DNA of 64,000 nucleotides from Alphaproteobacteria bacterium (GTDB lineage Bacteria; Pseudomonadota; Alphaproteobacteria; RF32; CAG-239): NCBI GenBank assembly GCA_045602545.1, contig JAZSBR010000033.1, positions 14,645 to 78,644 of the forward strand, read 5' to 3'. Shown piece by piece: positions 55,801 to 64,000 of this stretch (position 1 is its first letter; each line of letters starts with the position of its first letter). The notes under the pieces were generated by a model. It saw only the letters and a program-made list of their open reading frames with translations, ran no database searches and was not told where the DNA came from. The position numbers and the translations under genes were made by a program.

Positions 55801-56983
55801 CGCAATTATCAAGCCATACTTTTTCGCCGTTATTCGGATATCTTTTGTTAAGATAATTCACAACGCATTGTTCGGAAGCCTGCAAATTTTCAACCGCTTT
55901 GGCATGCATTTTTTCCATATTGTGATAGGTATCAAAAAGTCTTTTAAATTCCGGCAGTTGTTGTTTCAGATTATGGCTTTCAAACGCATTTGAAATATGT
56001 TGCTGTGCTTCTTCAAAAACAGCCATTGCTTTTATATCGTCTTGTTTATCGGCAAGCGGAGTTTTTGCTCCGGTTTTATTGTTATCAACAAAATCAAATT
56101 CAGAATCCGGAAGCTTTTCAACAACCAGCGGCTCGTCATCAATTTCTTCTGAGGCATATCCGACCGTATCTTCAATATAATTACTCAATGATGTGGTTTT
56201 GCTTTTTTTATCTGCCGGTTCTTCCGGTTTTACCGAACTTCCGATTGCGCGCACTGCTTCATATTGTGAGCGCATGGCAATCAGATATTCGTTATATTTC
56301 ATAATGGTATCATAGATTTGCGCCACCATCAGCATGTTGCGACGATAACACATTTCATCTTCTGAATCTTCATCTTTTTGGCAGTTATATTCTTCCATCT
56401 CCTGATTTTTACATTCTTCATCATCACCTTCAATCACACATTTTTTAATCAGGTCAAGTTGCGAAATCATAACTTTAAGTTCTTTATCCATTTCTTTTGA
56501 GATGATATAAAGTTCAATGGTTGTATCTTCAACAAACTGTTCTCTCTTTTCCTTATACGAAGCTTGAATTTCTTCATTTTTGGAAGGAACATACAAGAAG
56601 TATTTTTTAAATGAATCTTTAACCGCATTAACATCTTCCACATCAGTTTTAGTCTTTTTGATGACGCGGGTATAAGAAATCGGTTTATTATCATCCTTAT
56701 TTTTCTTCTTTTTTAATTTATTATTAACGAAATCTTTTCCCTTATCAAGAGCATACTTTTTTGCATGAGCTTCAACCTCTCCAAACTTTTGCTTTAAGCC
56801 TTCACGGCTGCTGACAGATTTCACTGTTTCATATGCACTCTTATACATTTGTACTTTTTCAGAGGTACAAGGAGCACATACCTGCGGAGCAATTTCTTCT
56901 AACGGGGTTAAATCTGGATAAGCCGCCTGCGCGTTAAATGAAAACATCATTCCGCAAAAATAAAGAAGTACAAATTTTTTCAT
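52841..56983 (-). CDS. giant secreted hydrophilic protein of unknown function within the T4SS locus
   Basis: 1380 aa; signal peptide MKKFVLLYFCGMMFSFNAQA; no further TM segments; Glu/Lys/Asp-rich with coiled-coil stretches; occupies the position where VirB6 genes are normally found. Confidence 0.4.
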   Translation of the reverse strand: MKKFVLLYFCGMMFSFNAQAAYPDLTPLEEIAPQVCAPCTSEKVQMYKSAYETVKSVSSREGLKQKFGEVEAHAKKYALDKGKDFVNNKLKKKKNKDDNKPISYTRVIKKTKTDVEDVNAVKDSFKKYFLYVPSKNEEIQASYKEKREQFVEDTTIELYIISKEMDKELKVMISQLDLIKKCVIEGDDEECKNQEMEEYNCQKDEDSEDEMCYRRNMLMVAQIYDTIMKYNEYLIAMRSQYEAVRAIGSSVKPEEPADKKSKTTSLSNYIEDTVGYASEEIDDEPLVVEKLPDSEFDFVDNNKTGAKTPLADKQDDIKAMAVFEEAQQHISNAFESHNLKQQLPEFKRLFDTYHNMEKMHAKAVENLQASEQCVVNYLNKRYPNNGEKVWLDNCVLDEGDGYVCKYSPSKSATDTAESEGLYDVLCPDNYAQKCYKLAPTAYNEIGGMSGWLINMYLNAKDELSDDVPDGENYVVAAASTDAPQDRNIGPGTGAYSAEYLKKQIENGDILMDTYKEKMRVLSRLPYSIGVLANDEINKDTNGTGGKSKFGVETVPFKLWNDQINFYDQYIDGKYENIEAYLENAPMFENMLNLGLKINETYEYEAQRDASGMIAKSVEAIRKEVAEAINALLGQITDDSQEKVALVDKLLLEEDEKLNQILSDYHEKLEDLDKKRFALYKQLEDINIKVAESHEEITKQDAVINYAEGYNAVAEGGAEMDKDYQNPENPHKTNEAVFNENIDEQKNKEASAESARDVAINQLNTTSSSRDEVLNAIIAVEREIIALKHEYVLAYFNAESKYKTDIEDIVRSTEISNTAKIVSEAKSSFIVLQEAEMVMKLIRDYAVKQVEKAYTEIDKLKKDKSIYYTENNPKVVAIHSEMMKKITDPKVEDIVAELQLDDTAKTLLTKYASMITGVFSDICDETTCYEPDKEYFVGLIEQKKDFAAPKAAVEFSSAPMREVFSFGLEDMNYVDYYATQDFKLDFDMQIIGVGEADISTDDAKILLLNRSLLDSGVEMPEIWKIVLSHRPFVQKEIDFRKFLGDPVDDHVEVQNSGIYPCKSGDEVITVQNAKNATYALGNAGGYDNIPQCQTIVKDGGKYFDREAPTGKNEISVGSQAVVLSNPTSELGQILEYKEILVNRIGADGLPLTDQFGTMFLQKKVSYLSLNDSLLYALKYLASIKDENDINEKYYFYKRVLPQNSQFGDYLMKVDLERTTLEAKEKIKNKIYSANVTDMVIVNSLYKSFSEMGYDFDRNDFDLSKEDYYKQAENLLNARKEDNIRQAKAILAENEGLNLTSDEMVKRKEDLLKQISLLELDSEELIQINGPETVDEVAEEIKVQKTDAAVRELASKIDEGEKELAERINNSAPAYCSSYGEF

Positions 56984-56995
56984 AGTTTCCTCCCC

Positions 56996-58228
56996 TTAAA
57001 GTTTGTGCCACAGATTTTTAACATTATCTTTGTTGTTATCGTAAAGACCTTTGATTTTGTCTTTATTTTTATCATACAAGCCTTTAACTTTGTCTTTTAA
57101 ATCTGTTTTTTTCAACTCATAATAATCCAAATCAAATTCGGTAACCGGTTTTTTATAATCATACAAGCGGTTTTTGTTGTTCCATGAAACCATATCTTGT
57201 ATAGTTTTAAATCTCATTTCCGCCAACAATGCTTCGGTCAAATGTGAAGCTGCTTTTGCTTTTTCAATAACCTCACTTATATTAACATTTTTCACCGTAA
57301 GATTGCCTTCAACATCTGCACCGGCTTTTTTATTTTGTTCAGATCCCTCTTCGGTTGCAGCAGCCCTCTCTGCGTTCAAAAGAGAAACATTCATCGCATT
57401 TTGCAGAGCCAAATAATATTCCATATTGCGATTTTTCTTAATGCGCGCCAAATTTTCACTCGTGGATTCCTCGTTTTCTTTCAAGAACAACGCTTCAATT
57501 TCCGTCTGATATATAGACTTGTTGTCTGCCGAAGCATCCTCTTCTCCAAACAAATCAGCTGACTTTGCCTGAAGATTTTCTTCTTTTTCGGCTTTTTCCG
57601 CTTCCGGTTTCGATTTTTCAATTTCTTCAGCAATTTTCTTTTCTTCAGCCTTTTTCCCTTGAAGTGTTGCATCATGTTCTTTCGGTTTATCTAAAATTGC
57701 CTGTTGTTGTGCCTCTAATGATGCGACCTCATCGCGAATTTTTTCAAATTCTTCCTTTTTAAGGTCTTTTCTTTGTAGTTGAACATTCAGTTCGGTCAGC
57801 CTTTTAGTTATTTCCGTAAGTTTTGTTTTTTGCTCTTCATCCATTGATTTTTCATAATCGGCAATTTCCGCCTGCTTAGCCGCAAGTTCTTTCGTCTTTT
57901 TCTCTAGCTTTTTCCTTTCTTGCTTTGCTTTATATTTTGCAACTTCTTTTTCTGCGATAGGCTTGCCTTTTTCTTTTCCGTATGCTATTGCTTCCTTTTT
58001 CAGGTATTCATCAAATTCTCCTTGCTCAACAAGCATTTTATATTTATTATATTCTGTTTGTGCTTCGTTCACCGCATCTTGAGCGGCAGCAAGATAATCA
58101 GTACCTGTCGTCATATAAGCTTCCACCTTTTCCATAGTGCTGCTGAGTTTAGTTACGCCTGAGGCATACGGAATGCATAAAAATTGCAGCACTCCGATAA
58201 AAACAGTCATTTTAAGTATATTTGACAT
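56996..58228 (-). CDS. secreted coiled-coil protein (T4SS-locus accessory)
   Basis: 410 aa; signal peptide; long Glu/Lys-rich heptad-like regions; C-terminal repeats KDKVKGLYDKNKDKIKGLYDNNKDNVKNLW. Confidence 0.4.
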   Translation of the reverse strand: MSNILKMTVFIGVLQFLCIPYASGVTKLSSTMEKVEAYMTTGTDYLAAAQDAVNEAQTEYNKYKMLVEQGEFDEYLKKEAIAYGKEKGKPIAEKEVAKYKAKQERKKLEKKTKELAAKQAEIADYEKSMDEEQKTKLTEITKRLTELNVQLQRKDLKKEEFEKIRDEVASLEAQQQAILDKPKEHDATLQGKKAEEKKIAEEIEKSKPEAEKAEKEENLQAKSADLFGEEDASADNKSIYQTEIEALFLKENEESTSENLARIKKNRNMEYYLALQNAMNVSLLNAERAAATEEGSEQNKKAGADVEGNLTVKNVNISEVIEKAKAASHLTEALLAEMRFKTIQDMVSWNNKNRLYDYKKPVTEFDLDYYELKKTDLKDKVKGLYDKNKDKIKGLYDNNKDNVKNLWHKL

Positions 58229-58239
58229 TTTTACCTCCC

Positions 58240-59319
58240 TTAGCTTTCCTTATCGGCATTATCTTGCGATTTTTTGCTTTTTGCCGAACTATCGCCATTA
58301 TCCTTTGAACCATGCTTTGCCAACTCATCGGTTGCCCCGCTCAATACAGAACCTGCCGTGGAATCTCCCAGTGCTCCACCGATAATTTTCTGAACACCTT
58401 GTTGATTATTTCCTTTATTCAACCAATCAGCCACACCACCGTTATTGTTTGAAATCCAATCACCGACCTTGTCTTTTTGATCTTTAACCCAGGCATTTGC
58501 CTTATCATTTTTATCTTTAACCCAATCCGAAGCCTGTTGCAGTTTTGATTTTTTATCCTTGTCTTTGGAATCGTCTTTATTTTTATCACTGTTTCCGTTG
58601 TCGACATTAGTTTGATCTTGTGACGTTGCTTCTTTTTTCTCGTCTTTTTCAGCTTCTTCAGTTTCGTCCGGCTTGATTGAAGTCATCTGTTGCGTCGCCG
58701 TCTGCAACATTGTGCTGGATTCTGCTTTCAAAATAGACATCCAGCGGTTATCCGCCCGTTGCACCGTATTTGATAAAACAGCTTGCACGGCATTAACATT
58801 ATTAAAATCTTCAACCTCATCAACTTTTTCATTATCCAATTGATAACGGCGTGTCAACCCTCTGGCATATAGTGAAGAAGTGTTTTCAATCATCAGTTCA
58901 TTGATTTTTTCTGCTAATTCTTTATTTTTCTTAACATCATCGCCGCTTCGTTTGCCGACAGTCATCTCTTTTTTTACAACTCCGCGCAAAAGAGGATTAC
59001 TCCCGTTTCCGTTTATTGCATTGGCAAAACCGGCAGGCATTTTATCATCAAGCTTCCATCTTTCATTTGCCTTTTGCAGAGCTGTTGCTCCAAGGCTTTT
59101 CACATTAGAGGGATTTATATTTGAAAATGACGGATTATTCATATTCATGGAAACATTTTGCAAATCTCCGATACTCATTTGCATCGGCAACCCGACACCG
59201 TCTTTTTGCGTCATTCTTGTCACTTGCTGAAGATAAGATGCTATATCAAAATCAGCCATAGCAAGGCTCGGTATTAAAACAAACACCGACACAAAAGCAT
59301 ATTTCAACAAACTTTTCAT
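58240..59319 (-). CDS. secreted hydrophilic protein (T4SS-locus accessory)
   Basis: 359 aa; signal peptide MKSLLKYAFVSVFVLIPSLAMA; Asp/Lys/Asn-rich C-terminal half with WVKDKNDKANAWVKDQKDKVGDW repeats. Confidence 0.4.
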   Translation of the reverse strand: MKSLLKYAFVSVFVLIPSLAMADFDIASYLQQVTRMTQKDGVGLPMQMSIGDLQNVSMNMNNPSFSNINPSNVKSLGATALQKANERWKLDDKMPAGFANAINGNGSNPLLRGVVKKEMTVGKRSGDDVKKNKELAEKINELMIENTSSLYARGLTRRYQLDNEKVDEVEDFNNVNAVQAVLSNTVQRADNRWMSILKAESSTMLQTATQQMTSIKPDETEEAEKDEKKEATSQDQTNVDNGNSDKNKDDSKDKDKKSKLQQASDWVKDKNDKANAWVKDQKDKVGDWISNNNGGVADWLNKGNNQQGVQKIIGGALGDSTAGSVLSGATDELAKHGSKDNGDSSAKSKKSQDNADKES

Positions 59320-59349
59320 TGTTACGGCCTCCTTAAAAATACTTCTCTT

Positions 59350-60228
59350 TTACTGTGCCAAATCTACCTTTTCACAAATTTTGGCGCTGCAAACATAGTT
59401 CACGTTAGCATCATTCGGGTCAGGATATGTTCCGTCCGGACAAGGTTCCTGACGACATTCCACATTATCTCCGTCTTTTTTAACGCAAAGCTCACAAACT
59501 CCGTCACCTTTCCAATGCCAAGCTTTTGCCGGTTCGGTTTCAACCACGGTTGCCGTACTGGTATTAACTTCGGCAACCGGAGTAATTGAAGCATTTTGGT
59601 CTGCCTTTGCCGGTTCTTTTGCGTCCTTATTTCCGCTGGCATCTGCAAGATTCTGACTAGAAGCAACCTCTTCTAAGGTTGATTTATCAATATTTTCAAT
59701 ATTTGAGATCGCCAAATATTTTAGCTGTTCGGTATATAGCTCCGTCAAAGCATTTATCATTGATGTTGAAAGTGCGTTCGTGTTGATAGCTGCCCCGTCA
59801 ACATCATTAACGGTTTTAGCGTTGGCATTGGCATCGCTTGTTTCTTTTGCCGTATTGGCATAATATTCTGCAACAGCGGCACTTTTTGCCGTAGCCAAGG
59901 CAATCATTTCCTGCAATTGGTCGGCTTTTATGATATTCAAATCTTTCAAGCCTTCTCGCGAAGTTTCCGCATCCGAACTGTTGCGCTTAATCGCTAATTT
60001 ATCAACACAACTTTTCAACTTTGTCGGATCGGCAACCATATCTTCCGCTGACGTTTTACATAATGTCGCCATTGTATTCGGAATAACTTGATGGTCTTTA
60101 TAAACACCTGAAAAAACCTCATCTTTTCCGCCCTCTGCGCCGTCACTTGCTCCGCCGTCTGCGGCCAAAACCTGTCCGCAAGTCATTAACACAGTAGCAA
60201 ACATTGAAAATAACTTAATCTTATTCAT
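59350..60228 (-). CDS. secreted protein with Cys-rich C-terminal module (T4SS-locus accessory)
   Basis: 292 aa; signal peptide; C-terminus CELCVKKDGDNVECRQEPCPDGTYPDPNDANVNYVCSAKICEKV (8 Cys). Confidence 0.4.
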   Translation of the reverse strand: MNKIKLFSMFATVLMTCGQVLAADGGASDGAEGGKDEVFSGVYKDHQVIPNTMATLCKTSAEDMVADPTKLKSCVDKLAIKRNSSDAETSREGLKDLNIIKADQLQEMIALATAKSAAVAEYYANTAKETSDANANAKTVNDVDGAAINTNALSTSMINALTELYTEQLKYLAISNIENIDKSTLEEVASSQNLADASGNKDAKEPAKADQNASITPVAEVNTSTATVVETEPAKAWHWKGDGVCELCVKKDGDNVECRQEPCPDGTYPDPNDANVNYVCSAKICEKVDLAQ

Positions 60229-60240
60229 TTTTCAATCTCC

Positions 60241-60909
60241 TTAACTTTCACTCGGCTTATTTTTGGCATCACCGGCATCTTTTTTTGTTTCTTCTTCACT
60301 CGTGTCAGCCTGTGCCGATAATTTGTCCGTGGCCTTTCCTATCGCCGAGCTGATTGTTGAATCTTCTCCAAACAATCCGTTAGCAATTGCATTTACGCCT
60401 TGTTTGTTTTTCCCGTCCTTTTTATTGAGCCAGTTGCCAACAAAACTCAGTTTTTTCTTAACATTTGCTTTTCTGTTCTCGGCAGCTGTTTTGCGATTTT
60501 CATCAACCGCGTCTTTAGTTGCTTGGTTGGCTTCTTCTTGAGCCTGTAACTTTTCTTGAGCATTGGCCTGAGCTTCTTTTTGAGCCTTTTCTTTAGCCTG
60601 TTTTTTCTTTTCGGCTTCAAATTTGTAAAGCTCGTAACCTTGAACAGCCATTCCCGCCATAATTCCGCTCATATCACCTGTTTTAATGGCACTCATATAA
60701 CCAGGAACACCTAATAACACCATTTTTATAACCAGTTCCTGAGTAGATTCTATTTCACTTTTTGTTTTGGATGCTTCTGATACATAGGAAGCAATTTCCT
60801 GCCCGGTTTCCGGTATACTGTAAGTCGGTAATGAATGCGCAAACACCTGCGAAGAAACGCTTAAACCCACAAAAAACGCAAATATTGAGAAATTATTTAT
60901 CTTTTTCAT
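60241..60909 (-). CDS. secreted helical protein, possible VirB5-like minor pilus subunit
   Basis: 222 aa (VirB5-sized); signal peptide MKKINNFSIFAFFVGLSVSSQVFA; helical, Lys/Ala/Glu-rich; immediately downstream of virB4. Confidence 0.35.
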   Translation of the reverse strand: MKKINNFSIFAFFVGLSVSSQVFAHSLPTYSIPETGQEIASYVSEASKTKSEIESTQELVIKMVLLGVPGYMSAIKTGDMSGIMAGMAVQGYELYKFEAEKKKQAKEKAQKEAQANAQEKLQAQEEANQATKDAVDENRKTAAENRKANVKKKLSFVGNWLNKKDGKNKQGVNAIANGLFGEDSTISSAIGKATDKLSAQADTSEEETKKDAGDAKNKPSES

Positions 60910-60979
60910 AACAGCCTCCTTCGGTTATTTATTTTATATTACCATATAAATTTTGCAAAAAAAAGCTTTTTTTAAAAAC

Positions 60980-63409
60980 CTAGGCAATATTTAAATATTT
61001 TGTAACAAATCCATCCTCACCATACTCTTTTATTAACTGTTCAACCAGCAAAACATTCTTTCTGCCGGAGTTATAAATACGCAAGTATTTGCCTAATCCG
61101 CCAAGGTTAACATCCAAAATCACCGATTCGCCGGTAACAGGGCGCGACAACAAAATTGCATACGGAAAATCACGATAGCTTTTACCGAAAATAAAGTCTA
61201 ATTCGGTTTGCGTCAAATTCCAGTTGGCATAATCTTCAACCTGCGCTTGCGGGTTTCTGAAGAAAATAACCGTTTGGCATTGACCGCGGATAACCTCGCC
61301 GACTCCTAACTTATCAACAATATTCGGTTGTTGGAAGGCGCAAAGATATGCCTGACGTTTTTTACGTCCTTCCTGCAAACCTTGGATGAAATAATCTCTA
61401 AACATCGGGTGCTTTAACATCGGCGCCGTTTCATCAATCATAATCAGTGACGGAACGCCGGTTTCGCCGGTCTCGGATTGGATTCGGTGCATAATATAGC
61501 TGATAACCGCCGGAGCCAAATTTTCATCTTCAAAAATATGCGTAAAGTCAAACGCCATAAAGCGACGGCTTTTCAAGTCCAAGCTATCGTTTTTGGCATT
61601 AAAAATCGCACCGTATTGATCCGGATTAACCCAACGATACAATTCACGACGCATATTTCCCGTAGGCGAGAAACAGCTTTTGTAGAGGTTTTCCAACAAT
61701 CGTTCTTCAGGACGAAGATAGTCAAATGCCGTGGTCACAGCGCGCGCAACTTCGCGCTCGGCCAAAGCATCATCAACCATTGTGATAGACTTGAGCCAAC
61801 GGCGCAAAAACGCTCTGTTTTCCGGAGTGTTGTTGCAATCAAACGGATTAAGTGAAACATTCTTTTCATCACCATCAAAACCGACGTATGCACCTTTAAT
61901 TGCGCGAGTAAAAATTTCAGCACCCAAATGGCGGTCGAAGAAGAATACGCGCAAATCACCGTGGCGCATTGCCTGTCCTGCCAAGAATGTAAGCAAAGTC
62001 GTTTTACCTTGACCGGTCGGACCTACAATACAGCAGTGAGCCACCGCCGATTCTTCGGAAGAAACGTGAAATTGAAAGCGATATGCCGAACCGGACATTG
62101 TTCTGAATACCGTAATTGCACCATTGCCCCAGTCACTCTTGCTGAAGCCCTCAGCCGGCTTATCCAATGTAACAGCCATCGCAATAACGCGTGATAAATA
62201 ACGATATGTTCTCGGATATGTATCATAAGTCGGGAATTGCGTAAAGAACACCGCCTGAGCAACCCAGCCTTCACGTACCGGCGTAACACCGAACGAACGG
62301 CAAATTCTTTGCACTTCCGATTCGCCGAAATTTATCTCATCCATAGTTTCGGCTTTCAAAATAACCGTCATAGAATATTCGCACAAAGACTGATAGTTGT
62401 TATCGCTATCATCAATCGCCGCTAAGGCTTGTGAATATTGTTCCACAACGCCCGGAGAAAAGCTGGTCATTGTTGCCATTCTTTGTTGTTGCATAAGTAA
62501 AATTCTGGCCTGAGAGCGAAACATCGGGCGAATATTGTGCAAAATAATTAACTCGCAATCAATGGCATTAAGCGAATAAATCATACTTTCATCCATCGAA
62601 TCGCCGGTAGTTCTGATGCCGATGGCAATTTCATAAAGCTCTTTATTGCCGGAAAAGAATTTGATAACACCTTCTTCATCGGTAAAATGAATATGATCTG
62701 CCGTCAACATTTCGCAAAGGCGCAGACCTTCGGCATTACGCACTTTCGGCAATGGTTTTGATATCGGACTGCAAATTTGCGCAAACAAATAAAAGGGACT
62801 GTCTTCCGCCGGGCTCTCTTCCGTTTCATACATCGGGCTGACATTATATTCGCCCAAGGTTGAAATCAAACTTTGCGAAGCATAATTTAAGTCTTTCAAA
62901 GCATCTTTTCTATCAATCACAGACATAACAACATAGTGTTTGTTGCTATATACTCTGCTCATATTTTGGAACCAAACCTGTGAAATCGTGTCCAAAAGGG
63001 CATTATTGAAGTCGCGTTTTTCTTTTTCAAGCGAGATTCTGTCACGCACGGTAATAACACGACAAACAACCTGCATGTTTGACATATCATCAATCCACGA
63101 TTTTCGCGCTTCCATCATTGAATAAACTTTTTCGGCGGTTGCTGATGATAAGTCAACACCTTCAAGACGAAAAACTCTGGCATAAGAGTTATTACTGCAT
63201 TGAATTGTAACACCGTCAGACATCAATTTGGCAAACGGCAAAAAGTCAGAAACACGCGATTCTCTCGGTTGCGGTAAGACCCACCCGCCGAAACGAGTTG
63301 CCAATAATACAGCAAAGGCCGCTGCTGATATAATACCTATTAAAGCAACAATAACCTCAATATTACTGAGGCCTCTTATAAATATACTGAAAAAATCCTG
63401 CTCACTCAT
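60980..63409 (-). CDS. virB4: type IV secretion ATPase VirB4
   Basis: 809 aa; Walker A GPTGQGKTTLLTFL; CagE/TrbE/VirB4 family layout; overlaps virB3 (ATGA). Confidence 0.9.
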   Translation of the reverse strand: MSEQDFFSIFIRGLSNIEVIVALIGIISAAAFAVLLATRFGGWVLPQPRESRVSDFLPFAKLMSDGVTIQCSNNSYARVFRLEGVDLSSATAEKVYSMMEARKSWIDDMSNMQVVCRVITVRDRISLEKEKRDFNNALLDTISQVWFQNMSRVYSNKHYVVMSVIDRKDALKDLNYASQSLISTLGEYNVSPMYETEESPAEDSPFYLFAQICSPISKPLPKVRNAEGLRLCEMLTADHIHFTDEEGVIKFFSGNKELYEIAIGIRTTGDSMDESMIYSLNAIDCELIILHNIRPMFRSQARILLMQQQRMATMTSFSPGVVEQYSQALAAIDDSDNNYQSLCEYSMTVILKAETMDEINFGESEVQRICRSFGVTPVREGWVAQAVFFTQFPTYDTYPRTYRYLSRVIAMAVTLDKPAEGFSKSDWGNGAITVFRTMSGSAYRFQFHVSSEESAVAHCCIVGPTGQGKTTLLTFLAGQAMRHGDLRVFFFDRHLGAEIFTRAIKGAYVGFDGDEKNVSLNPFDCNNTPENRAFLRRWLKSITMVDDALAEREVARAVTTAFDYLRPEERLLENLYKSCFSPTGNMRRELYRWVNPDQYGAIFNAKNDSLDLKSRRFMAFDFTHIFEDENLAPAVISYIMHRIQSETGETGVPSLIMIDETAPMLKHPMFRDYFIQGLQEGRKKRQAYLCAFQQPNIVDKLGVGEVIRGQCQTVIFFRNPQAQVEDYANWNLTQTELDFIFGKSYRDFPYAILLSRPVTGESVILDVNLGGLGKYLRIYNSGRKNVLLVEQLIKEYGEDGFVTKYLNIA

Positions 63410-63696
63410 GGCTCAAACTTATTCCCTTTCACCGCATACAAATTAGTCGTGCGCTTATATGTTTGCCCGTAGGCCTGCATCATCGTTGACAAGTGTGGCT
63501 CTTTTTGCCCCGCCACAATCAAGGCCCCGTGCGCCAAGACAATACTGACAATAAATGCAAGCGGGTTCATATCTGCCACACCGATTCCCATAAACAACAT
63601 CGGGAACTGAATGCCTAGATTTATAATTGCCGGAACAAACGGCGCAAACAAAAATTTAGGTGGCTGAGCAACTGCTTTTAATATGTAATCTCTCAT
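63406..63696 (-). CDS. virB3: type IV secretion protein VirB3
   Basis: 96 aa; two hydrophobic segments (FAPFVPAIINLGIQFPMLFMGIGV / LAFIVSIVLAHGALIVA); immediately precedes virB4. Confidence 0.7.
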   Translation of the reverse strand: MRDYILKAVAQPPKFLFAPFVPAIINLGIQFPMLFMGIGVADMNPLAFIVSIVLAHGALIVAGQKEPHLSTMMQAYGQTYKRTTNLYAVKGNKFEP

Positions 63697-63977
63697 TTAA
63701 GCCTCCTCAATTTTGCCGATAGTTCGCCGACAATTATATCATCCCTTGATGATTGTAAAGCATTATTGGTTAACTGTTGGTAAAAATAAGTATCATGTTT
63801 TGTAATAAGATTTTTTTTCTCATTTATCGCACTATGCAAATATTGTTTTGTTTCTTTCAAAATATCCTGACGTTGCAGTTCTTTGGAATCTCCGCCGGCA
63901 ATTTGTTCAATTTCATCACGGCTCAATTTTTTTGCCAATTCCGGATTTTTTGCATATAGCTCTTCAATTTTTTTCAA
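63693..63977 (-). CDS. small hydrophilic hypothetical protein upstream of virB3 (not VirB2-like)
   Basis: 94 aa; no TM or signal peptide; translationally coupled to virB3. Confidence 0.3.
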   Translation of the reverse strand: MKKIEELYAKNPELAKKLSRDEIEQIAGGDSKELQRQDILKETKQYLHSAINEKKNLITKHDTYFYQQLTNNALQSSRDDIIVGELSAKLRRLK

Positions 63978-64000
63978 GCGCTTAAGCGTAGTATTATTTG

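Noticed and set aside
52958-56304. Numerous 60-105-aa plus-strand ORFs inside the 1380-aa gene
   Set aside because: AT-rich antisense frames; Phe/Ile/Asn-rich translations with no starts or RBS
1-64000. tRNA, rRNA and transposase/IS elements
   Set aside because: No tRNA T-arm or anticodon-arm signatures (for example GGTTCGAATCC) and no rRNA-like conserved blocks noticed; no ORF with DDE or serine-recombinase transposase motifs. The only mobile-element candidates are the small palindromic inserts and leader cassettes

Overview
This window is an AT-rich chromosomal segment that looks alphaproteobacterial, possibly Rickettsiales- or Holosporales-like; that taxonomic guess is inference from gene content, RvhB-like T4SS layout and RPE-like inserts. 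Housekeeping genes (lpxA, lpxI, lpxB, comEC, ymdB-like, an M48/TPR protease, rne, prfB with its +1 frameshift, mrcA, amiC, ruvC, yebC, ftsH, queA, ruvX) are interleaved with an accessory gene family. That family encodes Sec-secreted BspA-type leucine-rich-repeat proteins (five paralogs) sharing a conserved Cys-rich C-terminal domain ending in ...RYTPAEAAEVLKNDNTNxVTITFKK. These genes, plus a Cys-rich prepilin-like gene, sit behind two kinds of repeated, structured 5' leader modules of about 230-260 nt. Type A occurs twice, type B three times, each with its own sigma70-like promoter. Two paralogs also carry GC-rich palindromic inserts resembling Rickettsia palindromic elements or MITEs, in frame between a conserved N-terminal peptide and the signal peptide. 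From 40.4 to 63.7 kb a virB-type type IV secretion locus lies on the minus strand: virB3, virB4, five uncharacterised secreted proteins (one 1380 aa), virB8, a virB7-like lipoprotein, a second virB8, virB9, virB10 and virB11. VirB10 appears split into two giant genes (1263 aa plus 1396 aa) that are expanded with hundreds of roughly 20-residue Gly/Asp beta-repeats. A small island of higher GC (20.88-21.53 kb) with a palindromic operator looks horizontally acquired. I found no tRNA, rRNA, CRISPR array or transposase.
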